Source: Pelagomonas calceolata (lineage: Eukaryota). Taken from it: a stretch of 64,000 nt of DNA. The position numbers were made by a program, and so were the translations under genes. This document shows positions 62,294 through 64,000 of the stretch, piece after piece (within the stretch, counting starts at the first letter, position 1; each line of letters begins with the position of its first letter). The stretch lies in NCBI GenBank assembly GCA_918797485.1, contig CAKKNE010000005.1, forward strand, positions 2,046,001 to 2,110,000, given 5' to 3'. The notes under the pieces were generated by a model that was given only the letters and a program-made list of their open reading frames with translations, was not told the origin of the DNA and did not search any database.

Positions 62294-63540
62294 TCACCAC
62301 ATCTCGGGGTGGAGCGACTTATGTTCCTTGATGATGCGCGCGCGGTGGCCGATTGGGACGCCCAGCTCGACCCAGTCGTCCCGCTCGAGCGCCGGGATCG
62401 CCAGGAAGTCGACGCCGTTCGCCACGAACCCGCCGGCGTACTGCGGGAGCTCCAGCGCCGCCAGGAACGCCGAGATGTCCTTCGGGCGGGAAGCCGACGG
62501 CGCCTCGACAGCGGCGGGCGCCGGCGCGGGCGCGGCGGCTGGCGACACCGGCGGCGGCGGAGCGTCTGCAGGCGCGGCGACGGGCGCCGGCGACACGTCT
62601 GGCACGTCGTCGTCCTCCTCCACCAGCGGAATGATCGTCCGCTCGATGGCGCCGTCGTGGCGCTCGGACGAGCGACGGTCGCGGCCCGGCCGCCGCGGAA
62701 CGCGCGGAACTCGCCGTGCGTGCGGCGCACCTTGATGACCTCGCCCGTCTGCCCCGTACCATTGACAGCGCCGACGCGGACGTCGTACCACGAGCCGGGC
62801 CGCGTCACGCGCACGATGACGCCCTCGCCGCCCCCGACGAGGTCGACGCGATCCCCCACATCCGGCCGCGGCGCCTCGAAGAGCTCGTGCTCCGGGACGC
62901 TCGGCGCGCTCTCTGGAACGGACTCCTCCTCGCTCGTCTCGGGCGCGCAGGCGGCGCAGAGCCAGTCGCCCTCCGGGACACGTTCCAAGCCCGCGCAGCG
63001 CAGGTGCACCTCGCCGTCGCAGCCGTCGCAGAGCAGCACCTCACTAGTTCCCTGCGTCGACCGGTTGCACACGAGGCACTGGTCGTCGAGGAGCTCGGGC
63101 TCGGCCGGCGGCTCCGCGGGCACCATGAAAGGTGCCGTTCTCCGCGCCCGCGCGGTGCCGCACATCTCGCACCGCGTGCGCGCGGCGCCGTTCGCGAAGG
63201 TGCAGGCGGTGCACGCCCAGCGCTCGCGGCGGACGCGCGGCGCGGCCGCAGCCGCGGGCGGGCGGCGGCGCGCGGCGAGGAGCGACGACGCGGCGAAGGG
63301 CAACGCCGTCGTGGGCCGCGTCACGCCGAGGCGCGGGCGCTTCTTGACGCGGCCGCCTGCGTGCGCGTCGACCGGTTCACGAGTGGGTGCCAGACGGCGC
63401 GTCGATGGCGCGGAGGCGACCATCACAGCCGCGCGGCCGTCGAAGCGCCGCGCGCGACATGATTGACTGATGCACTGGCGGGCGCCCGGGCTACCGTACG
63501 GCGGCGTAGAAGGCTTTGTGGGGTGGGCCGCGGCGTCCAT
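62294..63540 (-). CDS. RanBP2-type Zn finger + PHD finger + SAM-domain protein with a frame change near 62600-62730
   Basis: WACTACTFANG..CEMC; CLVC..LLCDGCD..HLRC..VPEGDWLC; SAM FLAALELPQYA..ELGVPIGHRARI lies in a different frame (62294..62791). Confidence 0.75.
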
Positions 63541-64000
63541 ATGGGGTCGCGGAGGCCGGGGACTTTCGTGTTTCGTGTGTTTCTGGTGCAGGGGTGCCCA
63601 GTGCTCAATCTACTGGGCAAGCCCTGGTCGGCGGTGCCTGCGTCGGTGGGCGCTCGCTCGCGCGCTCGCGGGCGCGGGCCGGGGCAGCGACGCGGGTGTC
63701 CTACGCGTCCACGAGCTTAGTGAAGAGCACTCTCTTGTGATTTTCGGCTCGATCACTTAGAATTTGCGACGCGTCGCAGGCCTCCCCGCGCGTCTCGGAG
63801 AGGTCTCCGAGCGGGCCCACCGGACTAGAGACCAATGTATCCGCTTCTGTAGCTCCTCCAAAAAAACCCGCGTGTTAAAGCACAACCCGGACCAAGACGA
63901 CTGCCGCAATTACCAGCACTCCTATAGCGAGGCCTGGCGAGCACTGCGCAGCGAGCCCACCGCCTGTTTTGTCAGGTGACAAGGTTTGCCCCTTGGTAAT

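Noticed and set aside
63541..64000. Short ORFs at the right edge
   Set aside because: No recognisable motif; probably intergenic or promoter DNA

Overview
Gene-dense, GC-rich eukaryotic nuclear DNA with about 38 protein-coding genes, short intergenic spacers and short spliceosomal introns. Gene content (plastid-targeted proteins, ciliary DRC1/SSNA1, ALG6, SERINC) and intron style suggest a pelagophyte alga such as Pelagomonas or Aureococcus (inference). No rRNA, tRNA, CRISPR array or autonomous transposon was recognised. Highlights not visible in the ORF track: (1) a SelW/Rdx selenoprotein gene (42825-43094, minus) with an in-frame UGA, a 3' SECIS whose apical loop starts CC rather than AA, and a hairpin just after the UGA; (2) ~60-bp TIR-bounded introner-like elements that form introns, one with an 8-bp target-site duplication and one present in a gene but absent from its adjacent tandem paralog; (3) a bipartite intergenic motif GCTAGCG-N4/5-TAAGACACTAGC found about 11 times upstream of unrelated genes; (4) a three-exon tautomerase-like gene with two GC-AG introns; (5) a truncated kinase joined to an unrelated gene tail. 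All calls come from reading the sequence by eye; no searches were run.
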